64,000 nucleotides of DNA from Oceanispirochaeta sp. (GCA_963663385.2 CAXXXD010000001.1:224001-288000), one strand, 5' to 3'. Numbered from the stretch's first letter, positions 47,689 through 57,378 are shown. A program made the numbers and translations. The notes: a model not told the origin generated them from the letters alone.

Positions 47689-48522
47689 ATGAGAATGGAG
47701 TTTTTCCTGATTGCCGTCCTGGGCTTTATCGTTTTTATCCTGCTTGTACTGCTGTTATTCAGGAGACAGCAGAAACAGCCGGAAGTATCTTCAGACCTCC
47801 TGCACAGTATGAACAGCCGTCTGGAACAGCTGGACCGCATGGCCGTTCAAATGGAAGAGATTGACAGGATATTCAGGAATCCCCGGATGAGAGGCGGCCT
47901 GGGGGAGACCATGATGGAAGAACTCATAAAAAACTGGCTTCCCCCGGAGAGTTACCAGTTCCAGTACTGCTTCTCCAACGGACAGAGAGCGGATGCCATT
48001 ATCCAGATGGGGAGCTATAAGGTTGCTGTAGATGCAAAGTTTTCACTGGAACAGCTGAAGGACGTCCTGGATCCCGCCGCAGAGGGCCTGTCCGCTTCGG
48101 TAAAAAAAGTATTCCGGCAGCATGGGAAATCCATTGCAGAAAAATATATCCTGCCACGGGAAGGCACCCTGCCTTTTGCCCTCATGTACATCCCTTCCGA
48201 AGGAATCTACTACCGGGCGTTTATTCAGGAAGGGGGGAGTCTGATGAACGACCTTTTAAAAATAGGGATTCTTCCGGTCAGCCCCTCCAATCTTTTCGTC
48301 TACCTTCAGACCGTTGTGTACGGATTCAGGGGGTACTCATTTTCCAACCGCAGCAGGGAACTTATGACCCTGGTTTCACAGATAAAGCAGGACTATGAAA
48401 CACTGACCCGGCAGTTCAGCCTGACAGGAACCCATCTGAAAAATCTTCAGAAGTCCTGGGACGATGCGGCATCCAGGCTGAATCATATGGATAAAACCAT
48501 CCGGGATATGGACATCCGGTAG
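47689..48522 (+). CDS. rmuC: RmuC-family protein
   Basis: RG.LGE, DAKF, I..KYI.P..GT..FA.MY.PSE. Confidence 0.85.
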   Translation: MRMEFFLIAVLGFIVFILLVLLLFRRQQKQPEVSSDLLHSMNSRLEQLDRMAVQMEEIDRIFRNPRMRGGLGETMMEELIKNWLPPESYQFQYCFSNGQRADAIIQMGSYKVAVDAKFSLEQLKDVLDPAAEGLSASVKKVFRQHGKSIAEKYILPREGTLPFALMYIPSEGIYYRAFIQEGGSLMNDLLKIGILPVSPSNLFVYLQTVVYGFRGYSFSNRSRELMTLVSQIKQDYETLTRQFSLTGTHLKNLQKSWDDAASRLNHMDKTIRDMDIR

Positions 48523-48563
48523 TCTCTGCCGGATGTCACCCCTTCAGGAATCCGGGATCATTC

Positions 48564-49793
48564 CTATATTACAAAAGAACCTTTACGGATAATGGGATAC
48601 TCTTTCCCGTTACCATCATATCCGGTCACATTGCTGTCGGAAGATCCGATCATGAAGTCCGTATGAACCAGTGAGATATTGCATCCATTCTCTTTCAGAT
48701 CCTCATCCGATTCAACTCCGGCCGGTAAATCCAGACAGGTGGGATACCCGCCGCCAAGGGCAATATGACAGGAAGCGTTTTCATCGTAGAGGATGGAACC
48801 GAATAGAAGACCGCTGGCTGCAATGGGAGAATTCTCATCCACCAGGGCAACTTCTCCCAGGTAGGCGGCCCCCTCATCCATGTTCAGGAATTTCTCAAGG
48901 ACCTCACAGCCTTTATCCGCACCGAATTCAACGGCTTTACCCTTTTCAAAACGGAACCAGGCCCCCTCTACCATGGTTTCCAGAACTTTAAGAGGCTTGG
49001 TGACACGAACGGTTCCCTCTGTCCGGCTGAAATCGGGAGTGGTGAAAACTTCCTCTGTGGGAAGATTGGGAAAGAAGAGTCGTCCATCGGGAAGAGGAGC
49101 CGGCCCCCCCTCCCATCGGGAGGCGGAGTTGAGACCGATTGTCAGATCCGTACCCTCCGATTCAAATCGGACATGATCCAGGTTCATGGCATTCAGTTTT
49201 CTACCCCGCTCTTTCAGTATCTGTGCATGCTCTTCCCACGCGGCAACGGGATCAGCCTTGTCCAGACGGAGAATCGGTTTAAGAACCTCCCACAGATCCT
49301 CGGTTGAAGCGGAATCCCCCAGTACTTTTCTGGCCCATTCGGGACCGGGTGCTGTTATAACACACCAGCTGTGCTCGTCATTCATCAGGGATTTTGAAAC
49401 GAATTTCAGCGCCTTTCTACCGGATTTTGAAAGAATCCCCAATCTTTCCGGATCTGACTCTCCCAGCACATCCAGCTCCTCGGTACTGTCGATTCTTATA
49501 CGGGCCCAATCTTCCGAAAGCATCTGATGCCCCTGGCCAATCAGGTAGTTGGGAACATACTCAAGCTGTTCTCCTTTCTGAGCAGCCAGACGGGCCCTGG
49601 TGAGATAGTTATCAGATACGGAGATTTCCACATAACCGGCTCCCAGTTCATAGGCTTTTTCTCCCAGGATCCTCGCCAGATCGTAATTCCCGGCATTACA
49701 GATTATCAGAATATTCTGTCCTCTTTTCAGGTTGATCCCCGTTTGCAGTACAACTTCCGAATAGACTTTATAATCAATCAATGTTTTCTCCAT
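48564..49793 (-). CDS. Thermophilic-type aminopeptidase (M29, PepS/AmpT)
   Basis: PNLPTEEVFT.P, LGEVALV, LYDENASCHIALG, HTDFMIG. Confidence 0.92.
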   Translation of the reverse strand: MEKTLIDYKVYSEVVLQTGINLKRGQNILIICNAGNYDLARILGEKAYELGAGYVEISVSDNYLTRARLAAQKGEQLEYVPNYLIGQGHQMLSEDWARIRIDSTEELDVLGESDPERLGILSKSGRKALKFVSKSLMNDEHSWCVITAPGPEWARKVLGDSASTEDLWEVLKPILRLDKADPVAAWEEHAQILKERGRKLNAMNLDHVRFESEGTDLTIGLNSASRWEGGPAPLPDGRLFFPNLPTEEVFTTPDFSRTEGTVRVTKPLKVLETMVEGAWFRFEKGKAVEFGADKGCEVLEKFLNMDEGAAYLGEVALVDENSPIAASGLLFGSILYDENASCHIALGGGYPTCLDLPAGVESDEDLKENGCNISLVHTDFMIGSSDSNVTGYDGNGKEYPIIRKGSFVI

Positions 49794-49859
49794 TCCATAA
49801 ATATCCCATCATTATCGAACCAAAGCATAGGAAAGCCAATAGAATATTGCAGTAATTTC

Positions 49860-50939
49860 TTAAAATTCTACGTTATCGGAATCCGTATCTGCTATTTTTG
49901 TCAATTTAAGGATTAAAGGGAAATGGTCCGAATAACCACTGCCCGTCCAGCTCTTCCAGGCCAGGGGCAAACCATCGGCATCGCTGAGCCAGGCTTCATT
50001 CAGACAATCCGCCGATTCCAGTTCCCAGCCTTCTCCATCCAGAAAAGCGGAGGTAAGGAGAAAATGGTCCAGTTTCATCCAGCGGTTCTGAAAAAAGTAG
50101 CTTCCCTCATCCCCTGTTCTCTCCCAGGGAGAGTAGAGAACAGGGCGTCCCTCCAGCACAGCCAGATCCTCTGGGGATTCAGCCACGAAAAGGCTGTCCA
50201 TCCACTCTGTATCCAGGGCCTGTTCTATGGGAATCTGGGCGGTTTGGCGTCCCCCTTCCCTGTAATCATCACAGCTTCCGTTCAGATCGCCGGCCACAAT
50301 AATATGGGACACCCCCTGTGCCTTCAGCTCTTTTAATCGTTCCGCTACTGCCCGGGCAGACTGCAGCCGCCCCTTTTCCGTTGCCATTGTACCGCCTGAA
50401 CGGGATTTCCAGTGATTATTGAAAATAACAATATCCTCCCCTTCCAGCTGAAAACGGAGTTCCACTATTGCCCGGAGAGGAAAGGATCCGAAATCCCCCG
50501 GAAAATGAAGGTGTACATTTACGGGAGTAATCCGTGACAGATAACCGCAATGTATGGAATTCTCCGTATATTCCCACACCCCCCTGTAGGGATACAATTC
50601 TTCCAGGTATTCGCTGTTCAGCTGATCAAGGAGTGACAGATTTTCCACTTCCTGAAGCAGAATGATATCCGGCCCGTTCTCTCCCACGGATTGTATGACT
50701 TCCTTCAGATTCTCCAGACGTATCCGCAGTTTCGCTTCATCCCAGTCGGACTGCTCAGGATCATACTCACGGTACTCGTTTCCGCCGGATTCCGCATCAA
50801 AGAGATTCTGGACATTCCATGTCATAAGAGAGATTCGCGGCTCATCTTCCGACAGGGCCGGTTCCGCAGTGGGGATCTGACAGGAACAGGCTGCCAGATA
50901 AAAAAGAATGGACAACAGGAAACTACCAAAAAAACTCAT
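49860..50939 (-). CDS. Endonuclease/exonuclease/phosphatase-family lipoprotein
   Basis: LAAC lipobox; WNVQNLFD, LQEVEN, NHWKS, GDLN, SDHFP. Confidence 0.87.
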   Translation of the reverse strand: MSFFGSFLLSILFYLAACSCQIPTAEPALSEDEPRISLMTWNVQNLFDAESGGNEYREYDPEQSDWDEAKLRIRLENLKEVIQSVGENGPDIILLQEVENLSLLDQLNSEYLEELYPYRGVWEYTENSIHCGYLSRITPVNVHLHFPGDFGSFPLRAIVELRFQLEGEDIVIFNNHWKSRSGGTMATEKGRLQSARAVAERLKELKAQGVSHIIVAGDLNGSCDDYREGGRQTAQIPIEQALDTEWMDSLFVAESPEDLAVLEGRPVLYSPWERTGDEGSYFFQNRWMKLDHFLLTSAFLDGEGWELESADCLNEAWLSDADGLPLAWKSWTGSGYSDHFPLILKLTKIADTDSDNVEF

Positions 50940-50991
50940 ATTTTCTCCTGCATCCTTTACAGACAGAAAGAGCAGCTGAATTCAAATGAGC

Positions 50992-51030
50992 AAAAAAAAC
51001 TGCCGCCCCTATTTATCAGGGCGGCAGTTT
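50992..51030 (-). terminator. Terminator after clpP
   Basis: AAACTGCCGCCC...GGGCGGCAGTTT hairpin with a T-run on the minus strand. Confidence 0.8.
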
Positions 51031-51055
51031 CCTGTTGTAATTTTATCTGAAAAAA

Positions 51056-51667
51056 TCAGGATTTATTTGTTGTCATTTCCAGTTCGGCTCGAGTGGTAAC
51101 AATGGTGCTGACCAGTTTATACTCCATGGCTTCTTCGGCGTTCATCCAGTAATCCCGGTCTGTATCCTGACTGACCTTCTTCTCATCCATACCGGTTTCT
51201 TCAGAAATCATTTTGTTGATCTTAACCCGGAGTTTCTCAAGCTCATTCGCATGGATTTCGATTTCAGTAGCCACTCCCCGCATCCCGCTCAGGGGCTGGT
51301 GAATCAGATAATGGGAGTTGGGAAGGGCAATCCGCCTATCCTGAGGAGCCGCCAGAAGAATAATGGCTCCCGCACTGGCAACCAGACCCATACCAATGGT
51401 ATAAACATCGGGTTTAACAAAACGAATCATATCGTAAATAGCGTATCCGGCATCCGCATCTCCCCCGGGGGAATCTATAAAAACCTTGATAGGATCATTA
51501 CCGTCGGCTTCCAGCAGAAGCAGCTGGCGAACAACTCTTTCGGCCAACTCTTTATTGATCTCTCCCGAGAGGATAATGGTTCTGGTTTTGAGGAGTTTCT
51601 GAGAGAGGGCATCCTGTTCAGGATTGCTTTTTGCCTCTTTTCCCTCTTCCTCCAGGCGTCTGATCAT
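51056..51667 (-). CDS. clpP: ATP-dependent Clp protease proteolytic subunit
   Basis: IDSPGG, ASAG Ser, IHQP His, DRD Asp. Confidence 0.93.
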   Translation of the reverse strand: MIRRLEEEGKEAKSNPEQDALSQKLLKTRTIILSGEINKELAERVVRQLLLLEADGNDPIKVFIDSPGGDADAGYAIYDMIRFVKPDVYTIGMGLVASAGAIILLAAPQDRRIALPNSHYLIHQPLSGMRGVATEIEIHANELEKLRVKINKMISEETGMDEKKVSQDTDRDYWMNAEEAMEYKLVSTIVTTRAELEMTTNKS

Positions 51668-51788
51668 AGTATAGTCTCCTTACTGATTACGGTAATTTAT
51701 CATCTTTGTTCTAAATATATTGAATTCTGCCAAGAAAGGCAATTTAATATAAAATGGAAAAAGAGCAAAAACCAAGAGGAAATAAAAA

Positions 51789-52667
51789 ATGAAATCGGCT
51801 TTCGTTGCCATTATCGGTCGCCCGTCGGCTGGAAAATCCACTCTGCTGAATGCTTTATGCGGAGAAAAAGTCTCGATCACGGCGGATGTCCCCCAGACGA
51901 CCCGGAATAAGATCCGGGGGATTCTGACAAAGGAAGAGGGACAGCTTGTCTTTATCGATACCCCGGGATTCCATCATTCGGAAAAGAAGTTCAACCAATA
52001 CCTCAAAGAGGTAGTTTATTCCTCCCTGGAGGAAGCGGATATGGTTCTGTACGTTGTGGACGCCACCCGTCCTCCCGGCAAGGAAGAGAAAGAGATTATC
52101 GAACTACTGAACAGGCAAAAGGAGAAACCTGTTCTCCTCGCCGTAAATAAAACGGATTTGAAAGGGGCCTATCTGGAAGAAATCAAGGGCCTTTTGTCCG
52201 TCAATGTTCACCCGGACGCCCTGATGGAAACTTCCGCTCTGAAGGGGATCGGAGTCAGCGAGCTGCAGACCAGGCTGTATGAACTGGCTCCCGAGGGGGA
52301 GTTGATGTACCCCGAAGACTACTATACGGACCAGGAACCGGAATTCCGGATTGCAGAGATTATCAGGGAGAAGGCCATCTCCCAGGTAACCGAAGAACTG
52401 CCCCATGCCCTTTATGTTGAAATTGCGGATATGGAAATGAAGAACGAAGGCCGGGAACTCTGGGTTCGGGCCTTTCTGACGGTAGAATCAGAATCCCAGG
52501 TTGGCATCGTGGTTGGAAAAGATGCCAAACGGATTAAATGGATCCGGATTGCTTCTCTAAAAGAGTTCAAAAAGATATTCCCCTACAAAGTCCGTCTGGA
52601 TCTGAGGGTAAAAGTTAACCCGAAATGGCGTCGTAAGGATTACCTGTTAAAGGGAATGTTCCGCTAG
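51789..52667 (+). CDS. era: GTPase Era
   Basis: GRPSAGKSTL.N, QTTR, DTPG, NKTD, E.IREK, EELPH, KH domain. Confidence 0.95.
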   Translation: MKSAFVAIIGRPSAGKSTLLNALCGEKVSITADVPQTTRNKIRGILTKEEGQLVFIDTPGFHHSEKKFNQYLKEVVYSSLEEADMVLYVVDATRPPGKEEKEIIELLNRQKEKPVLLAVNKTDLKGAYLEEIKGLLSVNVHPDALMETSALKGIGVSELQTRLYELAPEGELMYPEDYYTDQEPEFRIAEIIREKAISQVTEELPHALYVEIADMEMKNEGRELWVRAFLTVESESQVGIVVGKDAKRIKWIRIASLKEFKKIFPYKVRLDLRVKVNPKWRRKDYLLKGMFR

Positions 52668-53978
52668 GCTGGATGGATGCCCTGTCAGAGGGATCCGGAT
52701 TTTGAAACAGGCCCCTCCCGTTTCGGAGGGGATATACTGTATTTCCCCTCTGAGATTCAGGGTTACCAGATTATAGACAATATGCAGTCCCAGACCGGAC
52801 CCGCCCTCATGTCTTAATGTCGTGAAAAAAGGTTCATAGATTCTGTCCAGGATGCCGGAGGGAATACCCGGTCCGTCATCCCGGTAAAGGAGTTCCAATA
52901 CATCCTTGTCACGGACAAAGGAGATTTCAATATTCCCGCCTGAAAGGGAATCCTTGAAACCGTGCCTGACGGAGTTAAACAGCAGATTACTGATTATCTG
53001 TGACCAGATCCCCGGTACAGTTTCTATCTCCAGTTTGTCATCCCCTTCCACAACGACATTGTGATGTTTCCATTTCGGTCTCAGACTCCGGACAACATCC
53101 ATCAGGTAGCTTTTAAACAGAATATACCGGAAATCCTCCGCGCCCTGATCTACGGCAACCCTTTTGAAGGACTGGATAAGATCAGAGGCCCGCTGCATAT
53201 TAACCAGGATCAGAGAGGTTGATTCTTTCAGGTACTTCATAAAGTCCAGCAGATCCTCTTCTGTCAGCTCTTCATTCCGGTACTCTGTTTCAACTTTTTC
53301 TACTTTGCTCCATAAAGCGCTCGATACAGTAACGCCAATACCGATGGGTGTATTGATTTCATGGGCAACCCCGGCAACCAGCTCCCCGAGAAGAGCCATT
53401 TTTTCCGAAAGGAGAAGCTGCTTCTGTGTCGCCTTCAGCTCCTCAAGGTTATTCATCAGTTCCCGGGTCCTCTCCCGGACTTTATCTTCCAGACTCTGAT
53501 TCAGTGTCTTCAGATCATTTTCCGCACTGATCAGCTGACTCACATCCCGTCCGAGAATCACATAGAAATCCTCATTTTCTAGGGTTACTTTTTTAAAATA
53601 CATCATCCTGGAGATGACGTTTTCCGTTCCCTCCTCATCTGTAATTACGTCCTCTGTTATAATCCGTTCGGATGAGGACGCATCCAGATGAGGAAAGTCT
53701 ATTCCGGCCTGCTCTACTATAGGCCTCCCCAGCAGGGCCTCCCGGTTTTTTTTCAGAAAATGCTCTGCCGTAGTGTTAAGGTCCAGAATCCTGCCTTTTC
53801 CATTCAATACGATGATGATATCCGGAATGTTTTCCAGAACCGCCCGGAAACGCTGCAGTTCCTGACGGGAGTGCTTCAGATCAGAATAATAGTTCTTGCG
53901 GTAACTTTTCTCGCCCAGCCCGATTACTTTTTGACGGAGGTCTTCTCTCTCTCTATTTTCGGGGGAAGGTTCTTTCAT
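52647..53978 (-). CDS. Cytoplasmic PAS histidine kinase with an ErcS-like N-terminal motif
   Basis: IGLGEKSYRKNYY, PAS, H-box AHEINTP, N-box, DDGPG, PFFTT, GSGLGL; no TM segment. Confidence 0.88.
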   Translation of the reverse strand: MKEPSPENREREDLRQKVIGLGEKSYRKNYYSDLKHSRQELQRFRAVLENIPDIIIVLNGKGRILDLNTTAEHFLKKNREALLGRPIVEQAGIDFPHLDASSSERIITEDVITDEEGTENVISRMMYFKKVTLENEDFYVILGRDVSQLISAENDLKTLNQSLEDKVRERTRELMNNLEELKATQKQLLLSEKMALLGELVAGVAHEINTPIGIGVTVSSALWSKVEKVETEYRNEELTEEDLLDFMKYLKESTSLILVNMQRASDLIQSFKRVAVDQGAEDFRYILFKSYLMDVVRSLRPKWKHHNVVVEGDDKLEIETVPGIWSQIISNLLFNSVRHGFKDSLSGGNIEISFVRDKDVLELLYRDDGPGIPSGILDRIYEPFFTTLRHEGGSGLGLHIVYNLVTLNLRGEIQYIPSETGGACFKIRIPLTGHPSSLAEHSL

Positions 53979-55110
53979 AAATACTCTTGATATCCTCTTG
54001 TTCTGCTTCTCTGGGGTTCGTTACCAGACAGATATCCTTGAGAGAAAGAGCGGCAAGGGTCCGGCATTCCTCTTCTGTCAAAGCGAAACCGGACACTTCC
54101 CTGTCAATTCCGGTTATCTCTATAAGCCGGTCAAGCTCGAAGGACAATCCGTCGATTCCCGGGGCAGGAAGCCTCCCCTGCCCGGCGGCCAGCAGAGCGG
54201 TGATTCTGTCATATCGTCGGGGACAGGCCGAATAATTGAATCGACAGACATTCTTCAACAACAGCCCGTTACATATGCCATGAGGAAAATCTTTCAAACC
54301 TCCCAGGACATGTGCCATGGCATGCACCATTCCCAGACTGGCATTGGAAAAGGCCAGTCCGGCTTCCAGAGAGGCCTGCATCAACCCGTTCAGAAGAGCC
54401 ATATCATGAGGTTTCTCAACAGCCATTACCAGATTGGCTCCGATCAGTTCAATAGCCCCCCGGGCATGCCGGTCCGTGATAAAGGAATGGGCTGTTGAAA
54501 CATACGCTTCTACTGCATGGGTCAGAGTATCAAGGCTGACGGCGGCCAGCAGATCCGGACTCATGGTTGTAAGGGTATCCGGATCAATTATGGAAATATC
54601 GGGAACCAAAGCTTTGGACACAATGGCTATTTTTCTGGCTTCAGTCGTATTGTTAATAATGGCAAACTGACTGACATCCGCAGAACTGCCGCAGGTTGAG
54701 GGAATACATATCAGGGGAGGAATGGGCCGCGGGATCTGATCAATCCCCTCAAAATCGAGGATATATCCGCCGTTTGCAGCGACAATCCCGATCCCTTTGG
54801 CGGCATCAATAACACTTCCTCCGCCTACGGCAATTACTACATCGCAGTTATTTTTCCTGTAAAAATCAGCGCCTTCCATAACCTGGAAGTCCCGCGGATT
54901 CGGGAGGATCCGGTCAAAAACGACATAGTCAAGGTCTCTGTCTTTCAGTTGAGATTCTACCCTTGTATACCAGGGAGTACGCCTCACCACCGGATCGGAA
55001 ACCAGAAGAATCTTCGTCGCACCCAGATGTTCGGCATATTGGGCTGTCAGCGAAAGGCTTCCGGATCCGAAAATGAATTCCGGGGCAACAAATTTTCTTA
55101 TACTATCCAT
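53953..55110 (-). CDS. Iron-containing alcohol dehydrogenase, ErcA-like
   Basis: RKFVAPEFIFG.G, GGGS..D..K, D.LTHA.E, FSNASLG.VHAMAH, PHG. Confidence 0.85.
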   Translation of the reverse strand: MDSIRKFVAPEFIFGSGSLSLTAQYAEHLGATKILLVSDPVVRRTPWYTRVESQLKDRDLDYVVFDRILPNPRDFQVMEGADFYRKNNCDVVIAVGGGSVIDAAKGIGIVAANGGYILDFEGIDQIPRPIPPLICIPSTCGSSADVSQFAIINNTTEARKIAIVSKALVPDISIIDPDTLTTMSPDLLAAVSLDTLTHAVEAYVSTAHSFITDRHARGAIELIGANLVMAVEKPHDMALLNGLMQASLEAGLAFSNASLGMVHAMAHVLGGLKDFPHGICNGLLLKNVCRFNYSACPRRYDRITALLAAGQGRLPAPGIDGLSFELDRLIEITGIDREVSGFALTEEECRTLAALSLKDICLVTNPREAEQEDIKSIYERTFPRK

Positions 55111-55173
55111 CAGATAAACCTCAGAGTTGAATTCTAAATGAAACAGAAGAAGACTGCAAATTCCAAGCACTAT

Positions 55174-55200
55174 TTATCGGGAAGAACCGGAATGCTATTA
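55174..55200 (-). promoter_or_regulatory. Sigma28-like promoter upstream of the ErcA-like gene
   Basis: TAAT-N15-CCCGATAA. Confidence 0.45.
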
Positions 55201-55334
55201 ATCAACCAGATTTCCCGGTTCCTGTAATGAATAATTAGAAAATACCTGCGGAATGAAGAGAACCTCATCCCCCGAAGGGAATCGTATAAGTATCCGGGGT
55301 TGAACAGGACCGACAACCCCGGCGTTTGGTGATA

Positions 55335-56321
55335 TCAGGCGACAGGAACCCTTGCGGCTTCCATAAACGCTTCCAGGTTTTCATCTGGTGTTTCCATGGG
55401 GAGGTCGCATCCGGCGCTGAGCACGAAGTTTTTATAGGGTTTCATTTTTTCCATCAGAGCTGTTGTATCGGCTTTCACGGATTCGGGGGTTCCCTGAAGG
55501 AAAACCTGAACCGGATCCAGATTTCCGATAAGAAGAACATCTTCGGGGATTTTCTGAATGGCGTCCACCATATCGATCTGCCAGTCCACACTGAGGGCTG
55601 CCGCTCCGCTGGTTCCCATCTTTTCTATTAAATGGGAAGTATTACCGCAGATATGCAGTATCAGAGGCTGATTGTCCACCTTCTCCTGAATTTCCCGGAA
55701 GGGGGCCAGGGAGAACTCATCAAACTGCTCGGGAGAGATCATCATAGCCGTGGGTTCCAGCATACAGACCATATCGGCTCCGGCGTCAAAGAGTCTTTTT
55801 GCATAACCGGAGATAACCTCTACGGTAAAGGGCAGAAAGGCTTTAACCAGATCAGGATCCAGGATGGTGTTCATAGTCAGCTCGTTTACTCCCATCATTT
55901 CCCCCGCCAGGGTAAAGGGTCCGCTTACGTAGGGAATGGTTAACCCCCTGTTGTCGGCAGCCATATTTTTTACAACCTCCACATACATATCCATCCGGCC
56001 GCCGTTGCCTGTCCAGGCCGATTTTACAGCTTCCAGGTCTTCCATTGTTTTAATGTCATGGCCGGAGACATGGGGGCTCTCGTTCTCTCCCATTTCCACA
56101 GGGAGTCCCATAGCTTCCGCTTCCACGGTCAGGTCCATAAGCATGCACATCCCGTCCGGCTGAAACCGGTCTCTCAGGGCACGCAGGGTTTTAAGCTGTG
56201 TTTTCCCATCGGTCAGGTTCTGTTTGAGGGTCGTGTTTGTCATTTTGACGCCGTTTACACCCATCAGGGGCAGCACAGGAACATGCCCCAGACTTTTTAC
56301 TTTTTCTACGATTGATGACAT
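55335..56321 (-). CDS. Uroporphyrinogen decarboxylase-family protein (MtaA/CmuA-like corrinoid methyltransferase fold)
   Basis: DLTVEAEA.G, GPFTLA, LHICG (Zn), GNLDP, LSAGCDLP..TP. Confidence 0.8.
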   Translation of the reverse strand: MSSIVEKVKSLGHVPVLPLMGVNGVKMTNTTLKQNLTDGKTQLKTLRALRDRFQPDGMCMLMDLTVEAEAMGLPVEMGENESPHVSGHDIKTMEDLEAVKSAWTGNGGRMDMYVEVVKNMAADNRGLTIPYVSGPFTLAGEMMGVNELTMNTILDPDLVKAFLPFTVEVISGYAKRLFDAGADMVCMLEPTAMMISPEQFDEFSLAPFREIQEKVDNQPLILHICGNTSHLIEKMGTSGAAALSVDWQIDMVDAIQKIPEDVLLIGNLDPVQVFLQGTPESVKADTTALMEKMKPYKNFVLSAGCDLPMETPDENLEAFMEAARVPVA

Positions 56322-56510
56322 ATCTTAATCCGCCTTTATTTGCAACTTTTTAAATTATTATATGGCTGTCAAGGGATTAAAGATGGCCGGTTCTTTTGAA
56401 TTATTGTACTATTTTATCGGGTTTAGCTAACGGGCGACGATTTATATATTACTGTTTTTGTATTATTTATATGTCAAGTAATAATAGAAACATCGTTTAA
56501 AATAATAACC

Positions 56511-56624
56511 ATGCCAAGAAAGATGACCGTTGAACTTCTGCCTATACAAAATCAGGACGATAACAATATTGGGAAAAGAATAGCAAATATTAGAAAACAG
56601 CAAGGATTTGAGAGCCATGAATGA
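56511..56624 (+). pseudogene. Truncated XRE-family HTH regulator remnant
   Basis: My translation MPRKMTVELLPIQNQDDNNIGKRIANIRKQQGFESHE*; the IGKRI..IRK..G opening of XRE helix 1 ends before the HTH. Confidence 0.55.
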
Positions 56625-56636
56625 ACTAAAGGAAAA

Positions 56637-56906
56637 TCAATCCAAATAGACATTCTTACGATGTCCGACTATTACAACGAGGATGACAACTTCGTTATCG
56701 ATAATATCGCAGATGATCCTGTAATCCCCGACTCGGTATCTCCACAGGCCTCTTTTATCACCCACAAGAGCTTTTCCCTTGGTTTGCGGGTTCTCCAGTG
56801 TGGCAACCTCATCTTCAAGATAATCAAGGATCTTTGACTGCCACTTTTTATCTATCTTATTAAGCTGCTTTTTGGCAGTGGCCGTAAAATCAACGTTCCA
56901 GGCCAA
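56637..56906 (-). CDS. Type II TA toxin, RelE/StbE family
   Basis: A.KQL.K.DK, GKAL.G...GLWRYRVGDYRIIC.I, GHRK.VY. Confidence 0.93.
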   Translation of the reverse strand: MAWNVDFTATAKKQLNKIDKKWQSKILDYLEDEVATLENPQTKGKALVGDKRGLWRYRVGDYRIICDIIDNEVVILVVIVGHRKNVYLD

Positions 56907-57102
56907 GTTCTTTTCTCATATCCTCAATTGAGGTACGGGGTTCTTCTTTTTCCAGAACGGCAAGGGCCAATAGACACTCTTCCCTTTCTTCCAGGTAGTT
57001 ATTTATGGCTTCTTTCACATAATAGCTTTTGCTCCGGCCGGTTTCTTTTGCCAGACGGGTTAATTTATCTTCAACAGACGAATCAAGGCGTACTGCCAAC
57101 AT
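56890..57102 (-). CDS. Type II TA antitoxin, RelB/CopG (RHH) family
   Basis: MLAVRL......L..LA..TGRSKSYYVKEAI..YLE; AGGAGG RBS; overlaps the toxin. Confidence 0.9.
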   Translation of the reverse strand: MLAVRLDSSVEDKLTRLAKETGRSKSYYVKEAINNYLEEREECLLALAVLEKEEPRTSIEDMRKELGLER

Positions 57103-57117
57103 TTCAGGCCTCCTTGT

Positions 57118-57134
57118 GTATAACAAGTATAACA
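57118..57134. promoter_or_regulatory. Probable antitoxin operator (direct repeat)
   Basis: GTATAACA-A-GTATAACA just upstream of the antitoxin RBS. Confidence 0.55.
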
Positions 57135-57165
57135 TTATAAGTAAAAGCAATCAATTCAGCTATCA

Positions 57166-57320
57166 ACCGAACCAGCAAAAGCAGGAGTTCGTTCCTCGAC
57201 TTCGTCTGCGGTACGACTCCGAGGTGAACAGAATGCAGCATTATCGGATCAGCGAAGAATGAGCTTCGGACAATGTCGTATTCTGTTTAGCGACTCCCGG
57301 AGCGGACTTGCGGGTTCTCA
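57166..57320. repeat. Long branched palindromic element, attC-like
   Basis: Outer GAACCAGCAA...TTGCGGGTTC; inner AACAGAAT...ATTCTGTT arm (57227-57287) flanked by CGACTCC copies. Confidence 0.45.
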
Positions 57321-57378
57321 GCCGGAAAAAATTCATATTCAGACCGGAACTTTTTCACCGGCGAAAAATAAAATTCAG

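Noticed and set aside
56412..56445. Sigma28 promoter for the MtaA-like gene
   Set aside because: CCCGATAA is present but the nearest TAAA is 19 nt away, so the spacing is wrong
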